From the NCBI GenBank assembly GCA_963823665.1, contig CAWGMQ010000005.1, positions 1,600,001 through 1,664,000 on the forward strand: a stretch of 64,000 nucleotides of DNA, given 5' to 3'. Below the pieces are notes generated by a model. That model worked only from the letters and a program-made list of their open reading frames with translations, was not told the origin of the DNA and did no database searches. The first letter of the stretch is position 1. Each line of letters opens with the position of its first letter. Of the stretch, positions 31,855-44,290 are shown in pieces. Origin of the DNA: an uncultured Planctomycetota bacterium. Its GTDB lineage: Bacteria > Planctomycetota > Planctomycetia > Isosphaerales > Isosphaeraceae. The translations under genes were made by a program, and so were the position numbers.

Positions 31855-32528
31855 CGACTGGCAACTTCCTCACAATTGCGGGTTGGGAATGGGCCGGCGA
31901 CCGCCTGCACGTGGAATCGCCGCCGGTCAGGATGATTCACGTCAAGCGGAACCGGGCTATCGCTCACAGACGCGACGGGCCGGCTGCTGGATTCGTTGGT
32001 GGAGGGTGCGGCCAAGCCATAGCGATCTTCGCGCAGGCGGTCGGCCTGTTCCTTCAATTCCGTGAGAAGGCGCACGTGGGCAACGATCACGCTGTATTCG
32101 ACGATAAACGACCCGAGATTGAAGGCCACAGCCGCGGCTGCGACTGCCAGGTGCCAGGGGGCATAGGACGGGCTTCGAGTGTCCGCGGCCGCCCCCAGCC
32201 AGGCGGCGACGGCGATGGCTGTCATGCTCCACATGATGAATCGAAACGCCTTGCGCTTGTTCTTCTTGGCCTGGGCGTTGATCCAGTCCGGCAATTGATA
32301 AACGGTCACGACTTCTTTGGCCCATTTGCCGGTTGCGACAAAATAAGTGTAAACGATCGAATGTATGCCCAGGAGCACCACGACTGTCGCCAACGAAAAC
32401 AAGATGTGGACGCCCCGCGCGACCGCGCCGGGCCCGTGTGCATCGCCGGTTGCGAACAGGCCGATCACGAAATCAGCAACGAGAAGAGAGCCCCCGGTGA
32501 CCGCCAGGACAAGGAAGTGCCGATTCAT
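31851..32528 (-). CDS. Hypothetical membrane protein (~4 transmembrane helices)
   Basis: Hydrophobic helices; stop codon overlaps the MFS start (ATGA). Confidence 0.7.
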   Translation of the reverse strand: MNRHFLVLAVTGGSLLVADFVIGLFATGDAHGPGAVARGVHILFSLATVVVLLGIHSIVYTYFVATGKWAKEVVTVYQLPDWINAQAKKNKRKAFRFIMWSMTAIAVAAWLGAAADTRSPSYAPWHLAVAAAAVAFNLGSFIVEYSVIVAHVRLLTELKEQADRLREDRYGLAAPSTNESSSRPVASVSDSPVPLDVNHPDRRRFHVQAVAGPFPTRNCEEVASR

Positions 32529-32632
32529 TATGTTACTCGACGTTGATTCGAAGTCACGACCAGCAGATTCACCCTGGCAACACCGGAGATCGCGATCGGC
32601 GCTCGAAGGTATGATCTATAAACTAAGACAAC

Positions 32633-35408
32633 TCACCAGACCGCGCCTACTGCGAAGTTGAAGTATGCGACCCGGTCTCCGGGGGCTTTGAGCACAGGAA
32701 ATGCCAGGTCGAACTCGAAGGGCATGGGAGCGATCGGCAACACGACCTTCAACCCGGTTCCCACCGAGACTCTCATGTCGCTGAATTGATAGTTGCCGGT
32801 AACCGTTCCGAAATCGGTGAAGAAGATCTGATTGAACGTATCCGTGGCGTTCCAGGGAAACTGATACTCGACCGAACCGATCGCCATCATGACACCGCCG
32901 GTGGGAACGTTGAAATCATGCGGGCTGACCGTTCGATATTGAAATCCCCGCAAGCTGCCGAAATTGCCGGCGAAATACCGCTCATAAATGGGCGTCGACT
33001 CGGTGGCGATGCCGAAGTGGCCGCGGAGCGTGAAGAAGCGCTTTGCCCGTTCCATCCGGGCGGCTTCCTGTGGGAAAATAGGCACGCCCCTCTGCGTCAA
33101 ACTTGGTCCACGTAAAACTGCCCCAGCCCTGCTCGGTCGAGAGTTGCACATATTGGCCCTTGGTGGCCATGAACGGGCTGTTCGGGTTGTCGAACCGTCG
33201 ATTATCGAGCCGAAGGCTCGGCTTGATTGAGAACAATGACGTGTAGCCACTGGCGGCCAGGTAATCAGCAGGTGCCGGGGTTTTGTAGCCGAAGAAGTCG
33301 ACTTCTTCGGCACGCACAGTCACGTCGGAATACATCATGGTTCCGAACTGGCGCCCGAGCGAGAAAGCACCTCCGCCACGACGTTCATCCCAGTTCGGAT
33401 AGAAACGCGACGAGAGATAGCCTGAGGCGCTGGCTCCGATCGGCAGATCGAAGAGATAAGGCTCGCGTAGACTCACGCTCATGAAGTTCATGAGGTTGCC
33501 GGCCTGAAGGCTTACATTCAGCATCTGGCCTCCCCCTCGAAAGGCGTGGCCATTGACGATGTCGCTGAACGATCGAGGAAAGTTCGTGATGTCAAAGTTC
33601 TTCTCGGAGTACTGCACGTTTCCTATCAACCCCTGAAAGCTGTTGGCCCCCACACCGATCATGAATGCGCCGGTCGACCCTTCTTCGATTGAGGTGAGGA
33701 TGTCGGCGAACGACCGGTTGGGAAACGGATCGTTCCGGTCCGGGCTGACATCGGTCATGTTCATACCGGGGATGCTCGGATCTGTGGCTGGCAACTCACC
33801 CGCGCCGACCGGCGGTGGCGGAGTTCGAGTCATCGGAGGACCGGGTCTCGCAGGAGATGCGGGAGGGACGTCCACGGGCGGAACATTGACCTCCGGCTCG
33901 AAGGGAGATGATCCAAACGGCGAGCCGGCCGGCGGAATGGGTTCAAGCGATGTGCCCGGTGCTCCGCCAGGAACCTGAGCCGGTGATGGCACCAGGTCGG
34001 CGCCTGAGCCAGGGTCCTGCATCCGCGCCTGGGTCACGTCCTGCGCGGTGGGGTCCGTCAGCTCACCATAAGGCCGATCACTGGCCCGCTGGTTGACGAT
34101 GTCGATCTTGATCCCCGGGCCCTTCTGCGGGTTAGCCTGAAAGTACCCGAGCCGCGTGAGCCGCCGCCGGAACAGCTCGATCCGGTTTTTGTCGAGTACC
34201 TCGCCCGGTAACAAGCCCGCCATGTTAGCTTCGCGGCGAATGACTTTATCCTTGGTGCGATCGTTGCCGACGATCATGAGCTCGCCCAGCGTGAACGGCT
34301 CTCGCTCCTCAATCGTGTAGACCAGGTCGACCACCCCAAGCCGGTCGGTAAACCGCGGCTCACATTTGATCTGGGCGTCGATGCAGCCGATTTCGCCGTA
34401 TTGAATCAACATCCGCTGCTTGTCCGCGTCGCGCATCGCCATCATGAACGGCTTACCCGAGAGGAGCTCCAGGTCTTTACGCAGAGCTTCGGTCTTGATG
34501 CGCCTGTTTCCCTCGATGATCACGTTGCGCACCGTGTACTGCGTTCCCTCGGAAATCACGAACGTGAGCTCGATCTCGCCCGCTTTCTCCCTCGATCGCG
34601 TCACGGGTGCCACTTTTGCCTCGAAGAAGCCGTTCGCATGGTAATACTCGACGAGCTTCTGGCGGTCGTTCTCGAGCATCTCGGCGTCGTACCTGCCGAA
34701 AAGGCCCAGTATCGATGTTCGAGTGTTTATGTGGGTCTTCAGTGTCGGCGCGGAAGCAAACGTGTTTCCCTTGAAATTGATCGACGTCACCTTCGCCTTC
34801 GGCCCCTCAAAAATCTCGATCACGATCTTGGTGTCGCCGGGATTCCCGCCTTCGAGCAAGGTCACAGAGGCCAGGTCGTAGCCTTTTTCGCGGTAGAGTT
34901 CCTGGATCTGGCTGACAACCCTCCGGGTCTGCGACGGGTCGGCTCGTTTGCCCGCTTTCAGCCCGGTGACATCCTCGATCTCTTTCTGACGGATTGCCGT
35001 CCGTCCCCGGAATTCGACCTTGGTGAGCAGCGTCATGTCCTTGAGAGAGAAGATCAGTGTGAACTTCCCGCTCTTCGGCGGCGTCTCGTCGACCCAGTAA
35101 GTCGCGTCGGAGAAATCTTTGGTTCCGAGCAAGGTCTTCAGGTCGGCCTCCGCCTTCTCGTGACTGAGAGGCTGGCCGACCCGGCTGAGCAGCTTTGGCT
35201 TGATCTTCTCCGCGGGAATGCTCGTTCCCTCATACTCAATCTTGACAATCGTCCCTTCCGGGAACTTCTCGACCTGGGCGCCTCGCGCGGCAATCGCAAT
35301 TGTCAATGAAACGAACACCCAGGCGCATGTGAGCACGCGAGCCGCAGTTCCATGACGCGTCCTTCGCATCGCGGCCGCGCTCCGATGCGCGCATCTCGAC
35401 CGCCTCAT
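32633..35408 (-). CDS. bamA: BamA/Omp85 outer membrane assembly factor; frameshift near 33045
   Basis: POTRA repeats (GNDRTKDKVIRRE), EKNFD, LREPYLFD, YERYFAG..LRGF, FFTDFG, terminal aromatic residue. Confidence 0.88.
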
Positions 35409-36012
35409 GCCGGCGCCCTCGCTACGGGCCCGCATGGCGTCGTCGGTTTTCGACTCCCCGGAACCTTCCCTGGTACCGGCTGAGTCGAGCGTTCATCACC
35501 TGTCATGAGCGATCGTCCCTGAGCCGAACCGACCGATCGAGAGCCGCCCGGACGACCCCCGCATCCAGGCGAAGGTCGGGAGAACACGCTGACGACCGCC
35601 GTTCGTCTGGCCGATCACCCGCGCCCGGCAAGGGGGGGTGACGTTCAGGACTGGCCGATCATCGAAAACGCAGAGCAGGCGCTCTACCGCGCCCGCGAGA
35701 CATCGAACCCGCGGCGAGATCTCATGCGCCCGTCGTTCCTGGCTTGCACCGCCATCCCTGGCCGTGGCGCCATTGGGCCCATGTGCCGCGTCTGAGACGT
35801 GACTGGACCGCCCCTTCTACCTGAGATGTTCTGATCGGGCAAGCCCGGAACCGGGCCTGGTTCAACGGATGCGAATGTGGGATTACACCCTCGATCGTCC
35901 GCAGCATGTTCGGTGCAACGCAAAACGTGATCGCGCTACCCCGCCGAGAACGGAGGCAGGACTTCTCCGCCCGCAAAACCACCGATTTGCGTCACATCCT
36001 TACCACCATTGG

Positions 36013-36180
36013 ATTTAAGTGTGACGATGGAATAATCGGAACCCCGCGGTTTATCGTCGTAAACAATGATTCGGCTGGCATTTAGGGCGTGACGATCGAA
36101 TATTCGGAACACTGGCAATCTCAGATGTAAAACCATATGGTGACCAGAGTTAGGGCGTGACGATCTAGAATTCCAGACAT
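36013..36180 (+). repeat. Three ~30-bp direct repeats with an exact 68-bp period
   Basis: GTGACGAT core at 36021, 36089 and 36157, in the context TTAGGGCGTGACGATCGAATATTCGGAAC. Confidence 0.7.
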
Positions 36181-37719
36181 TTACGGCTTCGTTGACGCAA
36201 ATTCCGCATCGCCTCCCCCCAACTCTGCGGCAAGTCCCAGGTGCTCCACCCTCGTGACCTGGACGCGCCGGCGTTCTCGGGTTCGACTGCTAACGACAAA
36301 TACCCCCAGCATCCGAAGCTGAGGAGCCAGTCGGCGCACCTCGTTCATGAACAACTGGGTCGACTTCGGCCACGCACTCGACCTCGCCACTCCTCGACCG
36401 ACTTGGTCAGTCAGCAATTCGAACAACTCCGTCGGCGTTCCCTCCCACTCGACCATTTCATAGGCCAATTCCATCACCATTCTTGCCACCAGTGATCCCT
36501 CGAGCGAGACCTCCGTCGCTGCCATCATATTGTCTTCGTATGTTGAATCACATGTTCCAGACCCCCAGCCCAGCCCACGGCCGACAGCTTCACCCCACTT
36601 TGCAAAGTCGGCCATCCGCGGCAATCGAGACAACTTGACCGACGGCAGCTCCCGCATCCCCCCCGCCACTGCGTCGAGCACGGCCCCCAAGATAAGCGGA
36701 TGCTCGGCCTCGAACGCACTCCAGTATTCATCCTCCGCGCGTCGGCGTTTTGGCGTGATCGTCGGCAGGTGCAAGATCACGGTACGATCCATCAGGTCGC
36801 TCTTGCGCACGAAATCCTCGATGCCATTGAGAATCACCGGACGCTGCGCCTGCACGGTTACCCGCTCTTGATTAGAAAAAAGCGCACGCCCCGAAAAGCC
36901 GCCTCCGTAAACCAGCCGGCACAAGCTGTCTGAAAGCCAGTTGGGAATCGAACTGATATTGTCGTAGGCCAGAAGCCACCCGTTGACGGCCGTCACCATC
37001 AAGTCCCGAGTGCTCGCCGGCTCGACCAGCAGCGGACAGGCTTGCGGGTCAACGAGCAGCCGCACAACCTTGGCCAGTGTGCTCTTGGCCGAGCCTTGTT
37101 CACCGTGCAGGCTCAGGATCGGATACGGCCCGACCGGCCGAAGTGCCGCCGTCAGCCATGCAACCACCAGTCGAAACCCCTCATCGGTCACATTTACATA
37201 CGGGCGTAACAGCTCGATCGACCCCCCGCGCGCAGGCACCGGCAGCGGCAACATCCCTTCGGGACGCCGGAATTGAATTTCCGGCCGGTCGACCAGCTCC
37301 CACCCTTCGGCGCCAATCTTGACCGCTCTTCCACTGGCATCGCCCAGGTCCAGGAAATAGGCCGAGCCGTTCGGAGCCGCGCCTCGCGCGACGCGCACAA
37401 AAACCGACGGAGTCGCACCATCGAACCGCGCTCGGGCCTCGAGTACGCTGACAACTCGCTGAATCGCCGCAGGCGTTGCAGGCTCATGTCGCTCCGCAAA
37501 ATAGCCATCAACGAGCCAATCGCGGAACCCCGCCGACCTGAGCCCAAACGTTTCGTTTCGGCCCGCAACCGGCACCTGGACATGAATCCCACCATCAGAC
37601 GATCGAAACAGCCGCGCCGCCGCCGCCAGCCGCAAGAGCACGCCGATCGCCCCCTCCGCACCCGGCCAGTCGCCAGCCGTCTCGTTTGTAGAGGAAGGCG
37701 TATTCGTCACTGCTTCCAT
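36181..37719 (-). CDS. Mobile-element primase-associated P-loop ATPase/helicase (no primase domain visible)
   Basis: YFLDLGD, GEQGSAKST Walker A, LAYDN Walker B, RALFSN, ILNGI, PRMADF. Confidence 0.75.
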   Translation of the reverse strand: MEAVTNTPSSTNETAGDWPGAEGAIGVLLRLAAAARLFRSSDGGIHVQVPVAGRNETFGLRSAGFRDWLVDGYFAERHEPATPAAIQRVVSVLEARARFDGATPSVFVRVARGAAPNGSAYFLDLGDASGRAVKIGAEGWELVDRPEIQFRRPEGMLPLPVPARGGSIELLRPYVNVTDEGFRLVVAWLTAALRPVGPYPILSLHGEQGSAKSTLAKVVRLLVDPQACPLLVEPASTRDLMVTAVNGWLLAYDNISSIPNWLSDSLCRLVYGGGFSGRALFSNQERVTVQAQRPVILNGIEDFVRKSDLMDRTVILHLPTITPKRRRAEDEYWSAFEAEHPLILGAVLDAVAGGMRELPSVKLSRLPRMADFAKWGEAVGRGLGWGSGTCDSTYEDNMMAATEVSLEGSLVARMVMELAYEMVEWEGTPTELFELLTDQVGRGVARSSAWPKSTQLFMNEVRRLAPQLRMLGVFVVSSRTRERRRVQVTRVEHLGLAAELGGGDAEFASTKP

Positions 37720-37957
37720 CTCCGCACTTGGAAATCCACGGCGAACAACCGCGCGCCCCGCGCAATTCCCGCGGCTGCGATCTCGACGTCCCGCGCATGG
37801 TCGTCCCAACTCCAAGACCGATCCGCGAAGAGCGGCTCGACATCCGTCATCTCGTCCCATTGATCGGCACATCAACCCAAGCGTATTGCGTTTTCTAAAA
37901 CCATTTTAATTTTTATTTTGGCCCAAACGAGAGGCAGACACCCAGCGATACACGGAC

Positions 37958-38013
37958 GCGCAGGTCAGGCTTCAGCCTGACGATTCTCCAAAGTAGGTCA
38001 GGCTTCAGCCTGA
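37958..38013. repeat. GTAG-type REP palindromes (GTAGGTCAGGCTTCAGCCTGA); further copies at ~16175-16197 and ~41720-41741
   Basis: Palindrome TCAGGCTTCAGCCTGA is repeated. Confidence 0.75.
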
Positions 38014-38075
38014 GACGGCCCCAGCCCGATAGTGCCGGCGCAAGCGTCCTTTTCTCGGTCTCCGCCCAGGGGGAA

Positions 38076-38794
38076 TTCGTTTTGCAGATTTGTCGCGCGT
38101 CCTTACGCCACAAGGGTTACGGGAATGCACTCGGTCGGTCGTGATGGCGAACCGTCGGCCGAATTCGAAGCCGAAACTCCGCCCCAGAGCCACGTCGCTT
38201 CGACCCAGAATCGACGCGGCCCGGCCTGCGGAGCGCTCCATCCCCCAGATCCGGGTCCCCGGCGATCCGCAAGTGTCTATGCGACAAGGGATTCGGTCGA
38301 TCCAGCAGCGTCTTTCGCGTGGCCCAAAATGATAACTAATGATAGCACAAAACAGGAGATCCTCGCCTTCCTCCCAGTGCAGAGTCCGGGGAGCGAACTC
38401 TGTGCGCTCGACTGACGACCCGCCAAAGCCGCCAAGGCGACGGAGTCATCCTGCGCAACGGCCAGGTCTGCTCGAGTTTCGGTTTTGGTCTCAGCTTCAT
38501 TACGCGTTGCAGTAGTTCGCACTGGATGTCACTCCCTGCGTGAATTCCAGCGCTGTTCTTCAGGATGAGATGGAGATCGACGAGGAGGGAGGAAAGGAAA
38601 CGGAACCCGCCCATCGCGCCAGCATCGCGCGTTCGCAGACCTCTGCCCTATGGATAATATGCGACCGGTTTCAGTGATCGGCAATAAAAGCCTCCAAAAA
38701 AACTGCAATCGCGCAATCGACACGGCTGCAACCTCACGAGATACGGCTTTGCGCGATTTCCATGTTAATTGTGAACACGCGGTCGAATCAAAAC
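38076..38794 (-). repeat. Inverted copy of repeat R1
   Basis: Reverse complement matches 12921-13866. Confidence 0.85.
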
Positions 38795-39475
38795 GGGGCA
38801 CGCGGTCGTCCGCTCGGACTTCAACGGCATGCTGACAAACAAGCAGATCGCCTCGGAGAACCGATCTCTTTAGAAATCGGCCGAGCTTGGGTTCGTTCGC
38901 GCATTTCAGCCACGTTGTTAAGTCATCGTTCATGGGTGTTTTCGTGATCCAACTTTCACTCCAATTCCAAGTTACGCATTTCCAGCCACCTGAGCTGCAT
39001 TGGGTTCGTTCGTCACGTTTTGCGACTCACGGGCTTGTCTCCCGGGAGGGCGAAGCTCCTGCTGTGCCAAGACCGAGCCGATTCCGATGCCGGGAGGGCG
39101 AAGCTCCTGCTGAGCCAAGACGCGCACACGTCGGCCGCGCCCTCCCCTGCCACGACCGTGAAGGCCACTGAAATGGCCGCTCTCATTCGTGAGATTCGTA
39201 AGATTCGTGGTTCGACGTCCCCCGCCATGTCACACGGCAGCCTGGCCACGCTTCGCACGCTCCAAATAAGTAGAAGTGAATGGAACTCCCCATGAACTCC
39301 CCAAGCAATCAACAACATGACTCGATTATTTGGGGTTTGTTCCTGCATTTTGTAGCGAACGACGCGCAGATTTCCCCCAGACCCCCATAACAACGAATAT
39401 GCGAGAAGTGGGCTTCGCGGCGTTGAGCATTGTGACAGGCCTGTAGCGCGATGGCGACGGCCTCGATCGATTCCT

Positions 39476-40959
39476 CTATAGCGTTGCTATCGGACTGAGC
39501 TGGAAGCCCATCGCCGCCGCCTTCCGCTGGAGCGCTCTCACCAGATTGGCTTTGATCTTGGCCTCGTACTCCTCCATCGACTGGGTCACATACTCTTCGC
39601 CGTACTTGAGCATCCTGTAGACCAAACAGGCCAGCTTGTGTGCAGTCGCCTTGACGGCTCCAAGTCCACCGATCCGACTTTTGATCCGTCGGTAGTACAT
39701 GCCCAAGGGTGTCATCGTCTTGCCTGCTGACTGCGCGGCCATCCGTAGGGCGATAGCGACTCGGTTCTTCCCTTGGCGATGACCGCGACGTCTTTTGGTC
39801 TTATTGCTCTCATCCTGGGAAGGACAAAGACGCAGCCAACTTGCGAAGTGCTTCTCCGTGGGAAACCGACTGACGTCCACACCGATTTCGGCCAGAATGA
39901 TCAGGGCCGTTCCCACGCCGATTCCCTCGATTTTTGTCAGGTCTACACCCAATGCCTGGAACAACGGGCCCGTCGCCTCGAATCGGGCATCGTTGCTTTT
40001 GCGACCACGCGTGCGTGGCTTACCAGTTTGTGTCTTCTCTCCCGCCCGGTTTTCGAATTTGGCCAGTTCGGCTTCAATCTGCTGGTCACACTCGGTGATC
40101 TGCCCATGATGGAACTGGTACAGCTCGCGCGCCTGCCGCAGCTCGAAGAGATGTTCGGGCCGCCATGTCCCTTCCAACGCTAGGGCAATCTGCTCCTCGC
40201 TGTGATTACAGCGCCCATGCCGCAGTTTGGCCAGCTTCTTGGGATTGCGTTGGCCTCGCAGAATGGCGTCGATGATCGAAATGCCCGTCAGTCCCGTGAT
40301 GTCGCTCATGACTTCCGTCAGTTTGACGTTCATCTGCTCCAAGGCCTTCTGCATGTGTTGGACATGAGCAGCGGCGTAACGCACCAGCATCTGCCGTTGC
40401 CGGGAGTAGGCGCGCAGGGCCAACACGGAGTCCGGAGGTCGGAACGACCCACGTAAGAGGCCGTAGGAGTGCAACCGCTGGATCCACTGCGCGTCGAGTA
40501 CGTCCGTCTTGGGGCGCGCGCCACAACGCGAAAGCTGTCCCGGTTCGACCAGCATAACCTCGAAGCCCTGGGATTCGAGGAGCTCGAACAGAGGAATCCA
40601 GTAAATGCCGGTGGATTCCAACGCGACGGTTTTTACGCCGCATTTCTTTAACCACACAGCGATCTCCTGAAGATCGGCGGTGTTGGCACCGAACTGGCGG
40701 ACTGGGTCAACGTCGCGGTCAGCGGGAACGCAGACCAGCGGACTGGGTCAACGTCGCGGTCAGCGGGAACGCAGACCATATGCATGTCGGAATGAACATC
40801 AACTCCGGCTGCGTCTGGATTCACGACACTGAGCGGTGCAGAGGAGGCGGGGACGGGGACGGGAAGCGACCTGACCCGCGGCTTGTTGGTCGGCTCCTTG
40901 GGTTTGCTCGGCTTCTTGGGCTTGCGTGGCTTCTTCGGCTCTTCGTGGGGGACAAGCAT
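39476..40959 (-). mobile_element. IS110-family recombinase, frameshifted by a 41-bp tandem duplication (40697-40778)
   Basis: AAGVDVH, ALESTGIYW, KTDVLDA (DEDD); GIG...ILAEIG.DVSRFPTEKHFASW.RLCP. Confidence 0.92.
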
Positions 40960-43138
40960 GGGATCTCTCCGCTTCGCGGGTAGGTGTGGTGAAACGACAA
41001 GGCGCCGCGAGCCAAGAGGGGTATCGGGAACGAAATAGTCTCCCCAACGGGATCAATACCACGCCGGAAAAACCCGGCATGGCAAGTCACCAATGACAAG
41101 GTCGAAGCCTCTCGGACCATGCTGAATGTCGGGCTAAGAGCACCAACGTGCCAACGGCCACTGACGCGCGTCGCCATATGGCAACGTCGACATAATGAGG
41201 TAAACCAAGCCAGACCTTTCTCGACCCAAGTTCACGGGCCGTGAGGGGGCCGTACGCGGCTCGACCCGTTAAATGGGACTAAATGGGACTCCTGGCCCCA
41301 AAAAAGTCTCATTTCGCTTGCAGTCTTGAACCCCGTCCGATGGCTGGCCGGAACGCCTTGAATCCGTACGGAAATGCTGAGAGCCAAACGGGATAACGCC
41401 ACGAGTCCCGCTCCATGATCCGTCGCCCCAACCGGTGAACACTCACCCTCCCCGTGGTCCAGACCCGTCCCGCGCTCGACACAACTCAAAATTCGGGGAT
41501 ATTTCGTCGCGCACCGATCCGCCTTTACAAGCGCAGTCCGGCCCCGTATTTCCCACGGCACAGGCATGGTCAGACCGAGCTGGGATCCTCGAGCACGCGC
41601 TCGAGCAACTGAAGCAGTCATTCCCGGTTCCAGAGACATGGGTGGTGTGGTCCCTCGCGCCGACTCCGGTGTCAGCGATCGAGACTGTGAAAGCCAGACA
41701 CCCAGCGATAGACGGATTAGTAGGTCAGGCTTCAGCCTGACAATTTCCCCGCTCCCACATCTGGATCGAAACGCCACAAGCGAGGCCAAACGCAAATCGA
41801 CATTACACACTCTCAGTGAAAAAGGGACGAAAAAATATACTGTACAACCCCATCGATCTGCCGTGGCAATTCTTGGTGGCACGCGCCACTCGCGTGCGCC
41901 ATTGCCGACGAACGCCTCGCGTTGTTCCCATTCGATGACGCCCATTGAACTTGCAAAGAATGCATCCACCCGAGGCAATCGTCGAACACATGGCGGAAAG
42001 TGGCGCAAAGTGGCGCTTTTGCGGCATGTTCGAGCATCCGAACACTAGTGTAAAGCGGCCGCATTCTGAATCCCGATCTTGATCTGAATTCAGTCTGTAC
42101 GCGCCCCCCAGCGCGGGCTGGCCTGTTGAAAACTTGCAGAATAAGGCGCGGAGATTTCCCCCCGCGAATGTTGCGCGGAGCTTCCCCCCCCCTTTAGAAG
42201 GGGCTCCTCTTTCCTTTTACCCCCCTTTAGAAGGGGCTCCCCTTTCCTTTTCCCCCCCTTTAGAAGGGGGGGCCAGGGGGGGTCCGTCCCGGCGGTCGCC
42301 ATCACAAAACCGTCGCGCAACAGACGACACCGAACCTTCGAGCTCGAAATTCGCCAGTACAGCCCGCCTTTCATCCGCCCAGGCGCGGGCACCCCCCGCC
42401 TGTCGGCCACGCCTCGGGCGATGTCCAGCCCCCACGGGGCGCAGATCAACAGGAAGGGCCATCGACCCTCTGGAACATTTCGCACGCCTGGAACTCTTCC
42501 GTCGGTAATCATTCCCGGTCCCAGAGACATGGGTGGCCGCTCGCGCCGACTCCAGTGTCAGCGAACGAGATCGAGCTACATAGAATATGCGACGGGTTTC
42601 CCGAATTAGACGATTTCGTCGACCAGAAAGCCTGGGATTTATTTCACGTCGCAACGGATGCGACGGCCAACTCGATCAAAACTCCAGCTTTGCGAACGCC
42701 ACGCCCAGAAAACGGGAAAAAACACCCGGCGCGATCACCGCATCAAGGTCGTCCGTCCCATCGGTGCGCCTCCACCCCTCGGCTCTATTCTCAGCGGTCG
42801 TCCAGCGAGCGATGTAAGATCTCCGCAAAACGCCGAAACCCCCCCGGCGATTCCAAGCAAGCCAGACAAGTCGCTGGAACCAGGTAAAAAGGAGGAAACG
42901 TTCATCATGGCTGGGTAGAAGCGCGAAGGGTGTAAGTGTGCGTCGGGTAACGAGAAAACGAGTGGTTTACGGGACTGAGCTAATGTGACAGGATAGGCGA
43001 AGTATTCCCGCGGTTGCGGGTCGGGTCCGTCAAGGCGAGCAAGGCGGACGGCAGCCGAGTAACGACATGCAACGGAACGCTTCGCGCGGCCGTCGTTGCC
43101 CGTCATTCGATCCTGTTTCTTCCGGAATGGACCTCACC

Positions 43139-44290
43139 ATGCTCCGCCGTCACCTGCTTCGTGGCCTGATGGCGACGCCACTCGCCAGTTGGCTCAGGCC
43201 GTGGGTGTCGTCCGCGTTCGGCGGCGCGGTGACCGGGGGTCCCAACGCAGCGGACGTGTACCGCAAAGCTTTCGGCTGGGCAGAGGGTTTGCGTCCGGAA
43301 CAGTCGGAACGGCTTCGCGAGGCCGTAACGATCGCGATCGATGACCAGCACGTCGGCGCCATAATCCAGCAGGTTCGCCCCGTGCTGAAAGCAATCCGGG
43401 AAGCGGCAGCGATCGATCAGTGTCGTTGGGGGCCTGAAACCGTCGTGAGCGACGACCTGGGGAAGGGGCATCTCAACGTCTCGAGCCTCAACGTCATCCG
43501 CATCGCGTGCCTGTCCGCCCGTCGGCACGCCAAATTGGGGAAGTACCAGGACGCCCTGGACGACGCGTTCGCCGGGCTGACACTTGCCCACCGCGTAGGG
43601 GCGGGCGGGTTTCTGTTTGCCCGGCTCCTGGAGTGCGCTGGCGAGACCACGGCGTTCCAGACCCTCGCCCGCATCCTGCCGGGGCTAGGACGCGCGGCGC
43701 TTGATGACCTTTCGCGGCGTCTCGCAGTCCTTCCGCCGCCGGAACCAGCATCGGCCGCGATCGGACCCGAGTCGCGGTTCATTTTGGGCTCGCTCCGCAC
43801 CAAGCTCATAGTGACCGGGCCGGTGGTTGAGGGCGCCGATTGGGCCGAACTCGGTTTCGATGACGACGAGGCCACGGCGCTAAAACGGCTAACGGGAGGC
43901 GACCGGGCGAAATTACTCGCACACCTCGAAGCGACGGTCCCGGCGTTCGCCGAGTTGGCCCGCCGGCTCGACCTCCCCCGTCCGAACTGCCGGGCGGCGC
44001 TCGATGAGTTCGCCAAAACGGAGCGCTCAAACTACCCGATTGCGGCCGGACTGGTCGAGAACGCCTGGGGCGTCCGCCACGTAGTCGACCGGATGCGAGC
44101 TCTGCGCTCAATGCTCCATGCCGGTGTCGCCCTGGTCCGCGAGGGGGAACTCGCGTTCCGAGCGAAGTCGGACCCGTTCGGCACCGGTGCATTCCGGCTC
44201 GAACGCCGAGGAAAAGGGTACGTGATCCGCTCGGCGCTAATCGACGAGGGAAAGCCCGAGTTGAGTCTCGAGATTGGCGATGCGGCGTGA
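43139..44290 (+). CDS. Hypothetical exported helical protein (possible Tat signal)
   Basis: MLRRHLLRG signal-like N-terminus; long ORF; DPFG...Y.IRS near the C-terminus. Confidence 0.65.
   Translation: MLRRHLLRGLMATPLASWLRPWVSSAFGGAVTGGPNAADVYRKAFGWAEGLRPEQSERLREAVTIAIDDQHVGAIIQQVRPVLKAIREAAAIDQCRWGPETVVSDDLGKGHLNVSSLNVIRIACLSARRHAKLGKYQDALDDAFAGLTLAHRVGAGGFLFARLLECAGETTAFQTLARILPGLGRAALDDLSRRLAVLPPPEPASAAIGPESRFILGSLRTKLIVTGPVVEGADWAELGFDDDEATALKRLTGGDRAKLLAHLEATVPAFAELARRLDLPRPNCRAALDEFAKTERSNYPIAAGLVENAWGVRHVVDRMRALRSMLHAGVALVREGELAFRAKSDPFGTGAFRLERRGKGYVIRSALIDEGKPELSLEIGDAA

Noticed and set aside
36013..36180. Mini CRISPR array (period 68 bp)
   Set aside because: Only three degenerate, non-palindromic units; the spacers share positional motifs; no cas genes in the window.
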